DNA of 64,000 nt from Lama glama. Its lineage: Eukaryota. The translations under genes were made by a program, and so were the position numbers. Shown one piece after another: positions 24,281-37,300 of this stretch; within the stretch, counting starts at the first letter, position 1, and the number at the start of each line of letters is the position of its first letter. The notes under the pieces were generated by a model that made no database searches, had not been told where the DNA came from, and worked only from the letters and a program-made list of their open reading frames with translations. Location: NCBI GenBank assembly GCA_028534125.1, contig CM052817.1, forward strand, positions 90,026,001 through 90,090,000. The letters are read 5' to 3'.

Positions 24281-27200
24281 ATCCTAGAACCATTTTATAA
24301 TAAAGAAACTAAGCCTCACAAAGTTTAAGAACACTTTCACACAGCTAAATAAATAGTCAATATTGAGTTTGTGTATCTGTATTTGCCTCCAAAATCTACT
24401 TCTGATATAGTAATAACTACTTGTTTCTTAGATAGTAAATGAAAAAGAAATTCTTCCATCTTTGAAAACAGTGAAGCTGTGAGGAAGGATACCAGTACAC
24501 ATCAAAGTGAATTATCTCAGGAAAAAATGCTGCAATCGTGTAACAAAACAACAACAACAAAAAATCACTGTTTTGTCTTTTGGATGTTATCTTTGAAAAT
24601 TATCAGTGCCACAGGTTAACTGAAATGATTCTTAGGCAGAGCTGGGAAAAAGGGAGGAGGTCAAGAAAGGTAGAGATAATATTCTGACTCTGTCCCAGGC
24701 ATTGTGGTTTTTCTGAGCCCAGGCTCATCTACAAGGAAACACAACTCAATCAATTGTAGATTAAAAGATGCAAATAGAAAGTCTGGGAATCTGCAAAAAG
24801 GAGAGTAGACATTTAGATTCTTATTTATGTTATAATCAGAAACATTCCAGTTTTTGAGCAAAAGCCAATGAGGGGACTGACACAAGGGAGTAGCATAATG
24901 TGGTACAAGAGAGACTGACCTGAGATCAAAGGAACCCACTTCCCACTCAAGGGCTCTTTGATGTTGCATCATTGTTCATACCATCACCAGCCTTCCCAGT
25001 GGTAAGTCACTCTCCACAAATGTTTTCTTGTATAGAGGACAGAATCCTAAATTTAGGACGAAGACATAAAAGTGCACCTGGATATCCTGCTTACATTGAG
25101 TACTCAAGAGCATATTATTTATTTTGACAAACTTTTCTAGAAACTCTGCTTTCTGTTGTGAGGCTGAATGAAAGACACTAACATTCCTGGCAAAGGAAGA
25201 ACATCATTTAAGGCAAGCAAATGTGCTTTATCTTTCTCAGCCAAAAGTATTGAATTTAACTGTCTAAATAAATAAAAACACTAAAAACCTTTCTTTAAAT
25301 TTTAAGAAACATATGTACACATCATGTCCACACATCATTAAGTCTGCACAGAATGTCTGAATTTCTAACATTAATTTAATGAAATAATAAAATAAAATTC
25401 ATTTTCTCCACAGCTCCCAGTACAAATTTTCTTAGACAAAATGACTCTGAATTTGCTTTAATGTGTTCTTCCAGTAATAGGAATATGAAAAAGCAAATCT
25501 CAACACCCACCCCCCATTTTTATCCAGGACAGTTTACCAAAGCATGATGAAATCATTTTAAAATAATTTTGCCAGATTGTGTTAAACTTATAGAAATCCC
25601 TGATTTGCCCCCCCAAAAGTAAACATATTTGAGATTTTTCAGAAATATTCAGCAACTGCAAAATTTGCTGTGGTTCTTTCTGTTTTGCTGGAACTATACA
25701 GTGTTTGAAATTCAAAAGGTTTCTGCTAGCATTGGATTATGATTATTATGCAGGAGCAGATCCCAGAATAAACAGCTTGCTTGGCATTTACATATTGCTC
25801 CCACATGCTTCCATATCTGACTTCTCAGTAAGTCAGAAGCACAGATTTTATTATTAGGAAAAGAACAGAGTTTTTTATTTACTATAGAGTCTTGGGTCTT
25901 TACAAACAGAATAATCTAGCACCAGAGGGCTTATGCAGTCCAAAATCTGCACTGATAATAGTGATACCAACTTACAAAGCATGTAAATATTTCTAACTCT
26001 CATCTGTATTGCTGATGCAAGATCATCAGAGGTTGTCTACAATGAATTCAGAAATTCTAGCCTAACTAATTGCTTTTATAATAATCAGGGTCAACCAGCA
26101 AAACCAAAAGTGAGAACTGAAGCAGCTTTTGTTTAACCCAGACAGAGATACTGAGCCTCTCTTCTAGGGCAGGATAAAGGCGACAAATCTACCACACCTG
26201 CAGTCGCCATTGAAACTAACCCTATTTTCCAGTATTAGAAATAGGTCCACTTTTTCCAACAAGGAATATGATACCAAGATTTCTAAAAAGTAGGTATCTA
26301 CATCCTCAAAATTGAAAGTAATATACAATATAATTTCTTCCAGTTTCATAACATTTTACTGTCCTCACAGAGAGCCCTACCTAAACTGCCCAGTGGAAAA
26401 CACTGTCACACAAACCTCAACACCCAATATCTAAGGGTCTCTTCCAATTTTGCTTGCCTCCATTCTTATCACTCATTTTTCTAAGAATGACCATTCTGGA
26501 CTCCATAGTCTTAGATATCTTAAAAAAAATAAACACACTGCCTCATCAGTAAGCAGGAACTCTAACTTGATAAAGACAGATCATTCACAGAGTATTTTGG
26601 CTAAGATGATTCAAACGGGTTTTTACTTTTATTTAGAAATGAAAATTATCAATAAAAATTCTACATCCTACCCTTTTACTCTTTTGATTTTTCTGTAGGG
26701 ACAAACATGGCCCTTTTTCTTCATGTCATTAAAAGCCATGTGGCCTTGTAAGTCTGCTGCAGGATAAACAGGAGTTGGGGGGGAGTGACGAGAGGAAAAG
26801 GCAGGTGTGGTTTATCAGAAGAATCTGCATCACATACTATGTACTGAACATGTAAGTCGTTAACTGCTTCGGGTGCAAATGTTTCCCTATAAAGAATCAG
26901 ATGTTCCTTTTCCTTCCATTCCTCTACTCTGGTAAAAATCAGTGCCATAAAGTCACTGCAAAAGATAGCAAACAACTTTGTTATTTTAATGGGCACCCTT
27001 TTTTTTTTTTTTAACAATAGGTCTAGCAGGTGGCATGTGGCTATGGCTGGGTCTCTCTCCATCTCCAGGGTGCCAAGATGTCCCTCAAAGTTTCTGTGGG
27101 AGGAACGGGTTGGTGGGATTTGGATTGTAAAGGCACGCGAGCATCTGCTGCTGCCCTGGTCTCATTACCATTCACATAATTAACTCCTGCGGCTCTCAGC

Positions 27201-30200
27201 GGCCAGGACCAGGGACTCAATTTTACTGCCTCTTTGACAATGCTCATTATCATTCATCTGAATTTACGAGTTCTCAGGCTTTCAACCCAGTGGAAAGTTT
27301 TCTCAGGAAAATAGATCACACACTGGAAAGCACTAGGAATGAGAGAGAAGGAGCACAAAAATGGCTAAGGACCCAAACCAAGACCTGAAGGAAACTGAGG
27401 TTCTGGAATGTGGACTTGTACTTAATTTCATAATAGCTGGCCCCATCTTTCAAGACAGTATCATATTTCAAGGGCCTGTGTCTGGTCTCCTAGTATTTTC
27501 CGTTAAGGCACTATAATCAGTTAACAGTTGTTTTTTTCAACTGTCTTCATTGATTCCAGCTCCAATTTTGCACCCTGTAGATGCTTTGGTCAAGACTAAA
27601 TCTCTGTCTCCAAAAAAGGTTTTTGAGCAATTTTCAGTAGAGACTAAAATAGAGCATTTTGAAGTGCAAGGCAGAAGAGATTCATGAAAGATAAGACAAA
27701 TTCAGGCAAGCTTGTGTTTCTAAAGCCTCAGTCAGTCTGATTAATCAGTGTTAAGTTGCATAGTTATCAGAAATGCTACCTCACAATTAAATCTGTCCTG
27801 TCTCTTTAACCACTTGTCTCATGATAAATATTCATAAACGGCAGTTATTAACAAGTTTATCTTGGGCCAGATTGAGGTGATAATATATGACTTTTTTTCT
27901 AGATTAAATAGCATCAGTCTGTCATGTATTGACATGTAGACTACAAAGAGGTTAAAAGAAAAAACCTCCTTCCTTGTTACTAAATAAATGATATAAAAAT
28001 GACACCTTCTCTTAAGGATAAAACTTAATTTTGAAAAAGAAGCTTTTAAAACAATCTGGCTCGAATGGAGTAAAGCTTCTTTGTTTGAAACAACAAAAGA
28101 ATGATTAGGCTGTTAAAAGCTGGGAAAGCTGTGTTATGGTGGTGAAAGCTATGAAGTTTTATTTGTACTTTTATGAAAAAATTAGGTTGTGAAAGAGAAA
28201 GCTTAGAAAACTAGTTTTCTGCAATAAATAAAACTTTACTGCTGTGACTAAAGTTGAGGAGAAATTACAGTATTTGTGATATCACTATTGAAAAATTTTG
28301 CAATTATTGGACTTTATATTTTTTTACAAATGGGAAAGTCTCATTGATCCTGATTATATTGCTTTTCCTTTGAATTCCATAAGTCAAAACATATAATTTT
28401 ATTCATATATATATATATATATATTTTTAATTTGGAATTAAGAACAGATGTTTTGCTTAAGATTATAAATTTATATTATAAATTTAAATTACCTAATTTT
28501 ATATGCCATTCTATACTGCCCTCCAAAATGCACATTTTTACAAATAAAACCCTGGAGAAAAAGAAAAAATAAATCTTTGAGATATGATATAATTCAAACT
28601 CACCATCATGTGAATGGTGAAAAAAAACTTTAGATATTTTAATACTCACTGTTTATAATAATGCATGTTTGGGAGATGGGTGATATGTGGTGGAATTACA
28701 GCAAATGCGTTGCCCCCAGGCTGCTTAGACAAAATAAATGTATCTGAGTTCAGTATAGCTTATCTTGATATAAGTGATAACACTCCATTAAGAAACTTTA
28801 TGCACCTAGAATTTCTTGACAGCCTAGAATAAAATGCTTGAAGTTATTCCCATATGCTTGAGGTCTAATATAAACATCTCTGGTATATGCATGCCCATAT
28901 AGGTTTTCACAGTAAGGCTGTAGAGCCAAATCCTGACTGCTCTTTAATTTGCAGAAGCGTGGTTGCAGATTGTTTTAAAAGTTGCATCCATGGGAATGAC
29001 ATTTATGTTACTTGTTTCTTGAATTCTGGTACCCATGTGAAATGCTGTTTGGTTCCCAACCTTTGTATCTCTCCTCTTTCTCATCCCAGTCCACTTGAAC
29101 CCTACCCCTTGCACCCCCAGAGCTATGCTCCAGAATATCAGGAAACAATCTTGTCCTGAGTCAAGAAGGGTATGTGAACGATGGTGCTCACCAGTAACTG
29201 ATGCTTCATTGAGTCTGCCCCACACCTGATACCTGGCTCTGATTAGACTTCTTCCTCATACCTGATGTATCATTCTCACCTACTGTCCTAACTGTAATAG
29301 TTGACCTTCAGACCCTCCTTGGTTTTACTGGTTTTATCCTCCTGCCATTCCAAGTCCAAGTTACTCGATCCTGCTCCAAACATTTTTGGCTGTTGCCCTT
29401 TTATCAGTTGGTGAAATTCTGTGATACTGACATTCCTTTGGGAATCTCCCCTGGAATCTCACTGTTTGAACCACCTACCCATGAGAGTACTGATGAGTCA
29501 TGTTATGCTGCCAAGTGCTCATGGATTGATAGTTTGTGGTTTACTGCCAGACCCTCTGGTGTTCTGCCCACTACTTTGGATCTTCATTCACCGCTCTGGA
29601 TGAGTCGCCTAGCATTTGTTCTGCTCCATGTAAGAGGTTTTGTTTACAGATTCTCTCCCCTCATGCCCTGTTCTAGCACATGTTTAACCCACCCTTGCTT
29701 GTCATGCTTGCCTATGTCTATAACATAAATAAGATTTTAGCAATATTTCTGCTTATTAGCTCATTGTAGAAAATGTGAACTTTGTGGAAACTGAGCACAT
29801 GTCAACTAGTACTTAAATTCTGTTTAAAGTCTTGCACAAGTCTACAGTATGGAATATTGTTAAAAATAACAGAACACCAGCATATGTGTTTTAATAGAAT
29901 TAGATCTTCAAAAGCAACAAATTGCGTCTTACCTTTGTGAATCATGTTAGTGATGTTTCAGTTATCATTTTTTTATTGTAACTTAAATAATACAAACCTA
30001 TAAGCCAGGATGTGTCAATTAAGTCAATTTCAGTAGTTGCTTAAATCATTATTATGCTAAAGGAAATAAGAATCAAGTATAATCATTATAGCAAACATAT
30101 TTGCTATACTTTCTAAAATGGGTGTATATGTATACATATAGATATGTGTGTATACATATATACTTTCATTATTTACTTACATTGATTAATGACTATTAAA

Positions 30201-31212
30201 GGAAATAAGACTCAGCCACATGCTAAAATATAATTAAAATAGTAGAGTGCATATTCTCTCCAGAGTTATAAATATGACAACATCCAAATGTTTACTAAAA
30301 TGTTTTTTAAAAAGCATATGCTCCCGGGCACATGAGTTAAATCCCTGAGCAGCTACAATGCATAATGAAGCAGCTGGTATTACCTCTTAGAAATTAAAAA
30401 TGTATTAATTTTAATATTTTCATTATGGGAATTGAAAGTAACCCGAATTTGCGACCTCTAACACACATACAGTCATGAACAAATGTTATCGTATTCTGCA
30501 TATGTGAAAAAAATCACTTTCCTTATAAAAAATAAAATCTTACCATTCACGTAGGGAAAAAAAATCTATGTATGTCACTAACAAAATTGATGCACTGAAT
30601 TTAGTTTTAGATGGAATATCTGCATTATACTCATGTTACTAATCAATGTTAAAATGTCATATTCACATTTTGCCTTTGAGGGCCCTTTGAAACCCATCGT
30701 GTTATTAAGATATTTTTGACTGTTTTGCCCTTACAAATGTCCCCTTAAATCATGGAATAAGGCTGTTAAGCAAATGTAAAATAAGTCAACCATGAATTGT
30801 ATGGCATATGGGTAATTTCCATTAAGGAAGTTTGTATGTGGGTAAAAGTAAAACTCTATAAAATGGCATATAAGTGTCTAAACAGATTTGGAGGATAACT
30901 GTTAAGAATGCTACACTAGTCAGATTCCTTGGGTAAGCTGAATATTATTTCTAGCGTTTTATTTTGTATCTTGAACAGGTAGTTTAAATATTAGGCACTT
31001 AACTCTTTTTCAGAAAAAATCACAATATAGAGACATTTATATTATATTCTTCAAAAGAGTATTTTACCTTGGCTATTTTCAATTATAAATATAGATTAGT
31101 TAATGAGGCTTTTGATGAATGATTGTTTTACAGACTGATAACGTTGATTTGCAAAACTGTTTCTGCTCAGGGTCATAACAATCTCCCTTTTTAGCCAAAG
31201 GCTTACTTACTA

Positions 31213-31427
31213 AGTAGTGATTCTCAACTGTGAAGGTATGAGCCTTAGAGAAAAGCATTTCTTTGTTTCCTCTTGGTTGGACACTGGAATCACTTGAAGA
31301 GCTTTACAAACTACCGTTGGCTGGATCTGACCTCTAGAGATTCTGACTTAATTGATCTGTCTTCCTAGGTAGTTTGAAAAGTTCCTCAGGTGATTATAAT
31401 ATGCAGTCAAGGTTTAGAATCAGTTCA
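31213..31427. mobile_element. MER5-family DNA transposon relic
   Basis: gtgattctcaac...ggaatcacttgaagagcttt...ctctagagattctgacttaattgatctg...ctcaggtgattataatatgcagtcaaggtttagaatca. Confidence 0.7.
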
Positions 31428-32914
31428 CTCAACTCTTTCTAAAACCAAGCAATTTGTGAAGAAGATTATGTCCACATTATGCATGAAATATTGAAACAAG
31501 CAAACTGACTTCTGATTTGATACTAAAATTGATGTTATGTATATCTTTTTTTTTTTTTTCAGATTTGAGTACAGGCATGGAAGAGGAGCATAAAGAACAC
31601 GGGTCACAGGGAGGAAATAGGAGGCGGACAGGCAGGAGCATCTGTGGAGAACAGGAAGGGAGAGTGAGCAGGTGAGTGATGGAGGGAGATGAGGACATGG
31701 TGAGTAAAAGCACTTCTGTCAGACTGTTTCTTTCTTACAGTCCTTTCTCTTCTAATGGATCATGTGCAAGTACACATTATGTATAAATGATTATATGTTG
31801 GAAGGAGAAAAAAAAACAGCATTAAACAATAGCTATTTGCTGCTCCATTAAAAAAAAAAAAAGACATTAAATTGAAAACCAGCCTGCCTTTGGTGTGATT
31901 CTTTAGAAATAATGAGTTGCCTCTTGACCAGTGAGAAGCCAGGACTCATCCATTCATATATTAATGTCACATATCTTTATGCAGCCATTCCACACAGGAA
32001 AATCAGATCCTTGATTCTGGCTTAAAAAATCGCCTTCGCTCTCTGAAAAATGAGCTGTCAATTCAGAGGCAATCCTGAAGAGAAATGGTGATAGATGTGT
32101 TCCAATATATATGTTACGCTTTAAATAATTTACAGTGTTGTGAGGGGGAACCAATAAGAACTCTCTGAGGCAAATTGGGAAGCCACGTGGTCCTATCAAA
32201 TATGAACTTAAGTGCAGTAGTTTTCAGAGGGAACTGGATTAGGCTGTGCTTGTAAGGGAAATGGGGTGTCTAGGCTAGGCCAGGTGAACAGGGATGGCAG
32301 ATGGTAGAGTTTTAAAGAGTTAAGAACTTTCTTTTTTCCCATCACTATGGGGGAGTGCCTGGAAAACGATTTAGTACCTTAAACATGTGCCAAGTTACTT
32401 GAGTAATGTGAAATTGATGCCCCACTCTATAGCTGAAGTACTGAAATGATTAAACATTAATTTTTCTCTTAAATGGTGTATTATGGAGGACAATTGACTA
32501 AAAAGGGCAAGGAGCCAGTGTTTAAAAAATTTTTTAAATAGATGAACACAATGAAAGCAGAGGTATAATATCAGAGAATTAGAGGTAAGAGTCTGACTGG
32601 GGAAGATTGCTGATGGACTCCATGCCCACGGTGGTCTGGTTATCATGGGCTTTGCCACTAATCTGAGATTTGACCTTCAGCCAAATGGAATGTGATGAGA
32701 CATTACCCTCTTTCTGTCCTAATTTCTTTCACCAGTATGTATTACAGTTATTTGGCTAGATTGATCAATCAGTCAATTGGTCAGTCAATTAAAATTATTT
32801 TCTCAGCACTTCATTTTCTGATCAATATTCATTTTTCCTTTTAAAATAATTACCTACCTTAAAATGATTATTATAAAATCAAATCACTGATGGCAGTGCT
32901 ACAAAATAAATTAT

Positions 32915-34430
32915 TTGGACAAAGCTATTTACTGCAGCACTATTTATAATCATAAAACAGATAAAAATAAAAATAGATTTAAAGTGGAAATAACTCAAAT
33001 ATCTATTAATAGTGTACCTATCATTTACATAAAATATGAAAATAATTCATACTGTGTAAGACTATGTAGCTGGCTGGGTACCCATTCTATGGAGAGACCA
33101 GCAGGACATGGAGAAAATTATGTAGACCATGTTACAGGTTACCTAAAAAGTTTGGTTATCTATCCAAATGTGTATGAAAGTACTTGTTTATATTGCAAAA
33201 CATCAAAAACTTATCAATGGAGGAGGGAGGGAGTAGGGTGTTTCTGAGAAAGTAAATTTCTTTGCATATATCCTAATTACATATTGAACTTTGAAATAAT
33301 GAAAATAATTATAAAACAAGTAAATTTTAAAAATCAAAAATAACATGAAATGAACATACATGTTATTTTTTTAACTATATACTCATTCATAGGTATATTT
33401 CCTATATCTTGCAAATGAGAAGACCTAGAATCAATGACCAATAAGAATGATTTGCTTTTGTGCCCAAAGTGTGGTCTCTCAATACCATTTTTCATTGAAA
33501 GGACCTATGGTTCTTTGGAGAAATAGTTGCTTACAGGTCTGAGACAGGAAATGTGTAAGACGGGCCTGGATCATTTTGCCATAACAGAAAGGAAAAATAC
33601 TGGCAAAGCCTAGATGGTTAATGTCTTTAAGACTCAGGAGCGAACTTGAAACTGTCAGCCAATATGGAATTATTTTTGCAACATTAAGGATAATAACTGC
33701 AGTATATTAAAATGCATCAAAATTGTTTAAATCCATGAGTTCATAATGATAGTTTAAAACCTTTTTATTGGTCACCTCTTAAAAATGCTAAAGAACTAAA
33801 TATCTTGTAAATAGAGGGAAAAAACTGTGATTTATTTTGCCTTTTCTAAATAATCTCTACTTCTAGTTAACCAGAGTTGATATAGGGACGTTCCTTCTTT
33901 TAGGAACTCTTCTATCAGATAAAAGAAGAGGGATGTTAAAATCAGAATATAATCATTTTTCAATCTGTAATGAAATAGAGGATCTAGGCAATGATTATCA
34001 ATGACTAATAATATCACAAAAGGACAACCAGAAACATTAGGTGCCTCCTGATGGAAATATACACCACCACTTAGAAAGCAGACTTTTCAAAATCACTTAA
34101 AAAATCTGATCAATTCTCTAGATTAATAAATTACAGGAAATACAGGGAAAGAAACTCATGCTAGAGACACTACTGGGATGCACTCAGCAAACCCTGAAAC
34201 TCTACATAAAAATAACCTAGATCTTCAACAATTTCAGAAAAATTAAAGAGATGAAATGGTAAATTCTACATTAAAAGATATTTTAGTTAATCATAAAATA
34301 TGTCCCTTCTTTTGTTCAGATTTTAAAGAAACAAAGTAAATTTGAAAAATAGAACAATTGGGAAAGTTTTATAATATTAAAGAATTATTTTTTAACATGT
34401 GACCATGGTATTGTGGTTATGTTTGATTAA
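32915..34430 (+). mobile_element. Ancient L1 (L1MC-like) 3' region
   Basis: tttactgcagcactatttataat; ggtctctcaataccatttttcattgaaaggacc...ctttggagaaatagttg...acaggaaatgtgtaaga; aatccatgagttcataatgata; atggtattgtggttatgttt. Confidence 0.7.
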
Positions 34431-35113
34431 AGAACCCCCATGAAAAAAAAATCAATTCAGTAAAATCTTTCACTTCAACCCTTATAGTTTTTGTAAGAAG
34501 CCCCCTAAAAGATAATTTATACAAAAATAATTAAATGTATGGTAATAACTTTATATTTAAAAATACCTACTTGCACAATTAATAACATCAAAAATCACTA
34601 ACTTATTTCAGATGTCACTTAAGCCTGTAGATTATTGTTGTTGTTTTAATCAATAAATCGATATGACTGTATCCAGTGCCAGTAATTCAGAAATAGTTCC
34701 AAGCAGTGTGGCTTTCTGGCAACTGTCCTTCCTGAATCTGACATACGAGTCTAAAAGTACTAGGAATTTATAATCTCTTATTGATTTATATACTAACAGG
34801 TAATCTCCAGGCTGTTGATTCTCATATTCATGTTTTGGTAGGTAGAAATACAAACATTTAATATTGTGTAATTAATACTTAGGAAATAGATCCCAGAGTA
34901 ACTGAAATACAAGAGAGTGAAATGGTAAATGTTAGCTGAAGCACATTTATTGTCAGTTCAGCTCCTTCTCTATGTTTTTCATTTAATCACCCAAGTTCAT
35001 GAGCTTATAAGACATCCATTTATATTTTTCCAGACATTTATATTTTTATAAGTGCCTAAATAAGTATGTTTATACATGTTGATATATGTATGTGTGTAAA
35101 TGATTCTTTGGAA

Positions 35114-35115
<2 letters not shown>

Positions 35116-35150
<35 letters not shown>
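35116..35150. repeat. (TG)17 microsatellite
   Basis: Uninterrupted TG run read directly, followed by a short GA-rich run. Confidence 0.97.
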
Positions 35151-35153
<3 letters not shown>

Positions 35154-35182
35154 AGAGAAAGAGAGAGAGACAGACATCTCAC

Positions 35183-35390
35183 AGTGATAAAGAGCACAAA
35201 CTAAGGGGTTAGATTTTCCTGGATTTGATTCTCAGTTCTGGATCTAGCAATTACCAGTCATGCTGACTCGGCCAAATTACTGATACTCACTGATTCTCAA
35301 TTCTCTCACCTTAAAATAGGGATAATAAAATCCCAACCTCATAGTCTTGCTCTGAGTAGTAAGAGATAATGAATTTGTAGACATAAACAC
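35183..35390 (+). mobile_element. MIR SINE
   Basis: ctggatttgattctcagttctg...ttaccagtcatgctgactcggccaaattact...ctcaattctctcaccttaaaatagggataataa...acctcatag. Confidence 0.75.
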
Positions 35391-36030
35391 TGTTTCCTGG
35401 TACTTCCTCCTCACTGAGCAAGTGATACTGCAGGTAAACTAGGATGAATTATTTCCATTGATATTTTAAAAATAAATTACTAGAGAATGCAATGTAGAAG
35501 GCGACTGAGAATGCATGGAAGAGAGGTTAAATTTTGAGGAGAATCTTCTTAATATTGCTCCTTGTTTTACTTGGATTATCTTTAACAAGCCTGAAAACTT
35601 CTATCCCAAAGCTCTAATGCTGTAAAGAAGAGTCTAGAAGTCTGTGAACACCTCCCCCAACACCAGAAGTAGTGTGCATAATGATCAGACTTGCTGTTCG
35701 GGTTTGTCATAAGCCAAAACCCTCAGATTAGTACTCATTCAAATATTTTCATAGGAAAGTACATGTTATGCAGCAAAGTATCTCTAAGAACACTGAGGGG
35801 TCAGTGTCTGGTCCCACAGCTTACATGTCATCAGATAAGATTTCTGGAACTGTAGAAGTTCTACTTACAAATGATCTCAAGATATTTTAAAATGGTATCA
35901 GCATTACTGTTATGATTTAATTTTCCCTCAACAAATTTGATTGATTACAATACAAATTCCAAACTTTATTTTAAGCAATCTCTGCAAATCTCAAGTCTTT
36001 CCTTCAAAAAAACGTGTATATTAGACTAAA

Positions 36031-37300
36031 GCAGTGTTTCAGAAACTTTAGTCATTTATGTAACACCTATATAGTTTTTACCATATCGGAGTACCACCTG
36101 TGTTATTACTTACAAAACTGTATTTTCTTCAAACTGACTCAATATTTTCACTTAAACATTTTAAAAATGAAAAATTTATATTATTATTATAAATAGTGGT
36201 AGAAGAAACCAAATGGAAAACCAAATTGTCATTTATTAAAAAGATATGTAAACCTAATGAAAACAATACATTACTTTAAAATTTTAAAAATCTGATTACA
36301 TCAGTGTTCCTCTGTCATGGACTTGCATAGTTATAAGACCTTGCATAGTCTGTAACTTAGTTACCTCTCTAGCTTCTTCTCTCATTATGCCACTCCTCAC
36401 TCTCTTTTGCAGGAAAAAGTCATTAATTTCCATGTACTTTTTGTGATTCCTCATCACAGGGCCTTTGCATTTATCATGACTTCTACTGGGATATTATTTC
36501 CTCTTCTTTATGTCTAGTTAATGATTATATATTCTTTACAGCTTAATTGGAGCATTGCTTTTTCAAAGAAGTCTTTTCTGACCTCTGTGATCAGGTCAAA
36601 TTGCCCTATTATAAGTTTTCCTAATTAGGTCTTGTGATTTTCCATTCACTTTTGTGACTATTTGACTAATTTCTCTTCTATTACTGTCTAACCTTCAAGG
36701 GGGCAGTGATTACAAATGGTTATGCATATTTTGTCTCTAGCAATTAATATCATGCCCAGCTCATGATAAATGCTGAAAATATTTTAAGTAAATGAATGAA
36801 AGAATAATGAAGTAAGAAGTAAATGAAGGGATTTTCACCATATTTTTAAAAACATAAGAAAGCAAATTTCTGTATATTTTTAGGATAACCACCTCCTTTA
36901 CTACTCTTACTCGGCATTTTTCTCACTCCTAACCATGTTGGATGTGGATCTGATAACCAGCCAAGTGACAATTAAATACGGCTTTTGAAATATTGCTAGT
37001 TTTCCAGAGAAAGGCCATGTTTGCTTTCTCACACGAGTGAGGGATTGTCAAGGTGATTTTGTTGTTCAAAATTTTGATTTTCAGAATTCTCGAGTCTATC
37101 AAATTCTTCGCGGCAGTGCCAGGCAACACTGGTGCACCATTGTTTTCAGATGAGGTCTCTGTTTTGACGTAATATATCTGTGTAGGTTGTACATTCAACA
37201 AACAAATCACATAATTATTGAAATAAAAATGGAAGTTCCTTCAAGGATTGTCTAAAATCGTATCATATACTTCCATAATCATGAATACCAGACTGGTTTA
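36031..37300. mobile_element. Probable hAT-Charlie-like DNA transposon relic interrupted by an L2 fragment (about 36320-36800)
   Basis: Starts cagtgtttcagaaacttt (hAT TIR-like) with gtaccac motifs. Internal L2-type cagggcctttgcat...aatgaatgaa. Family assignment uncertain. Confidence 0.4.
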
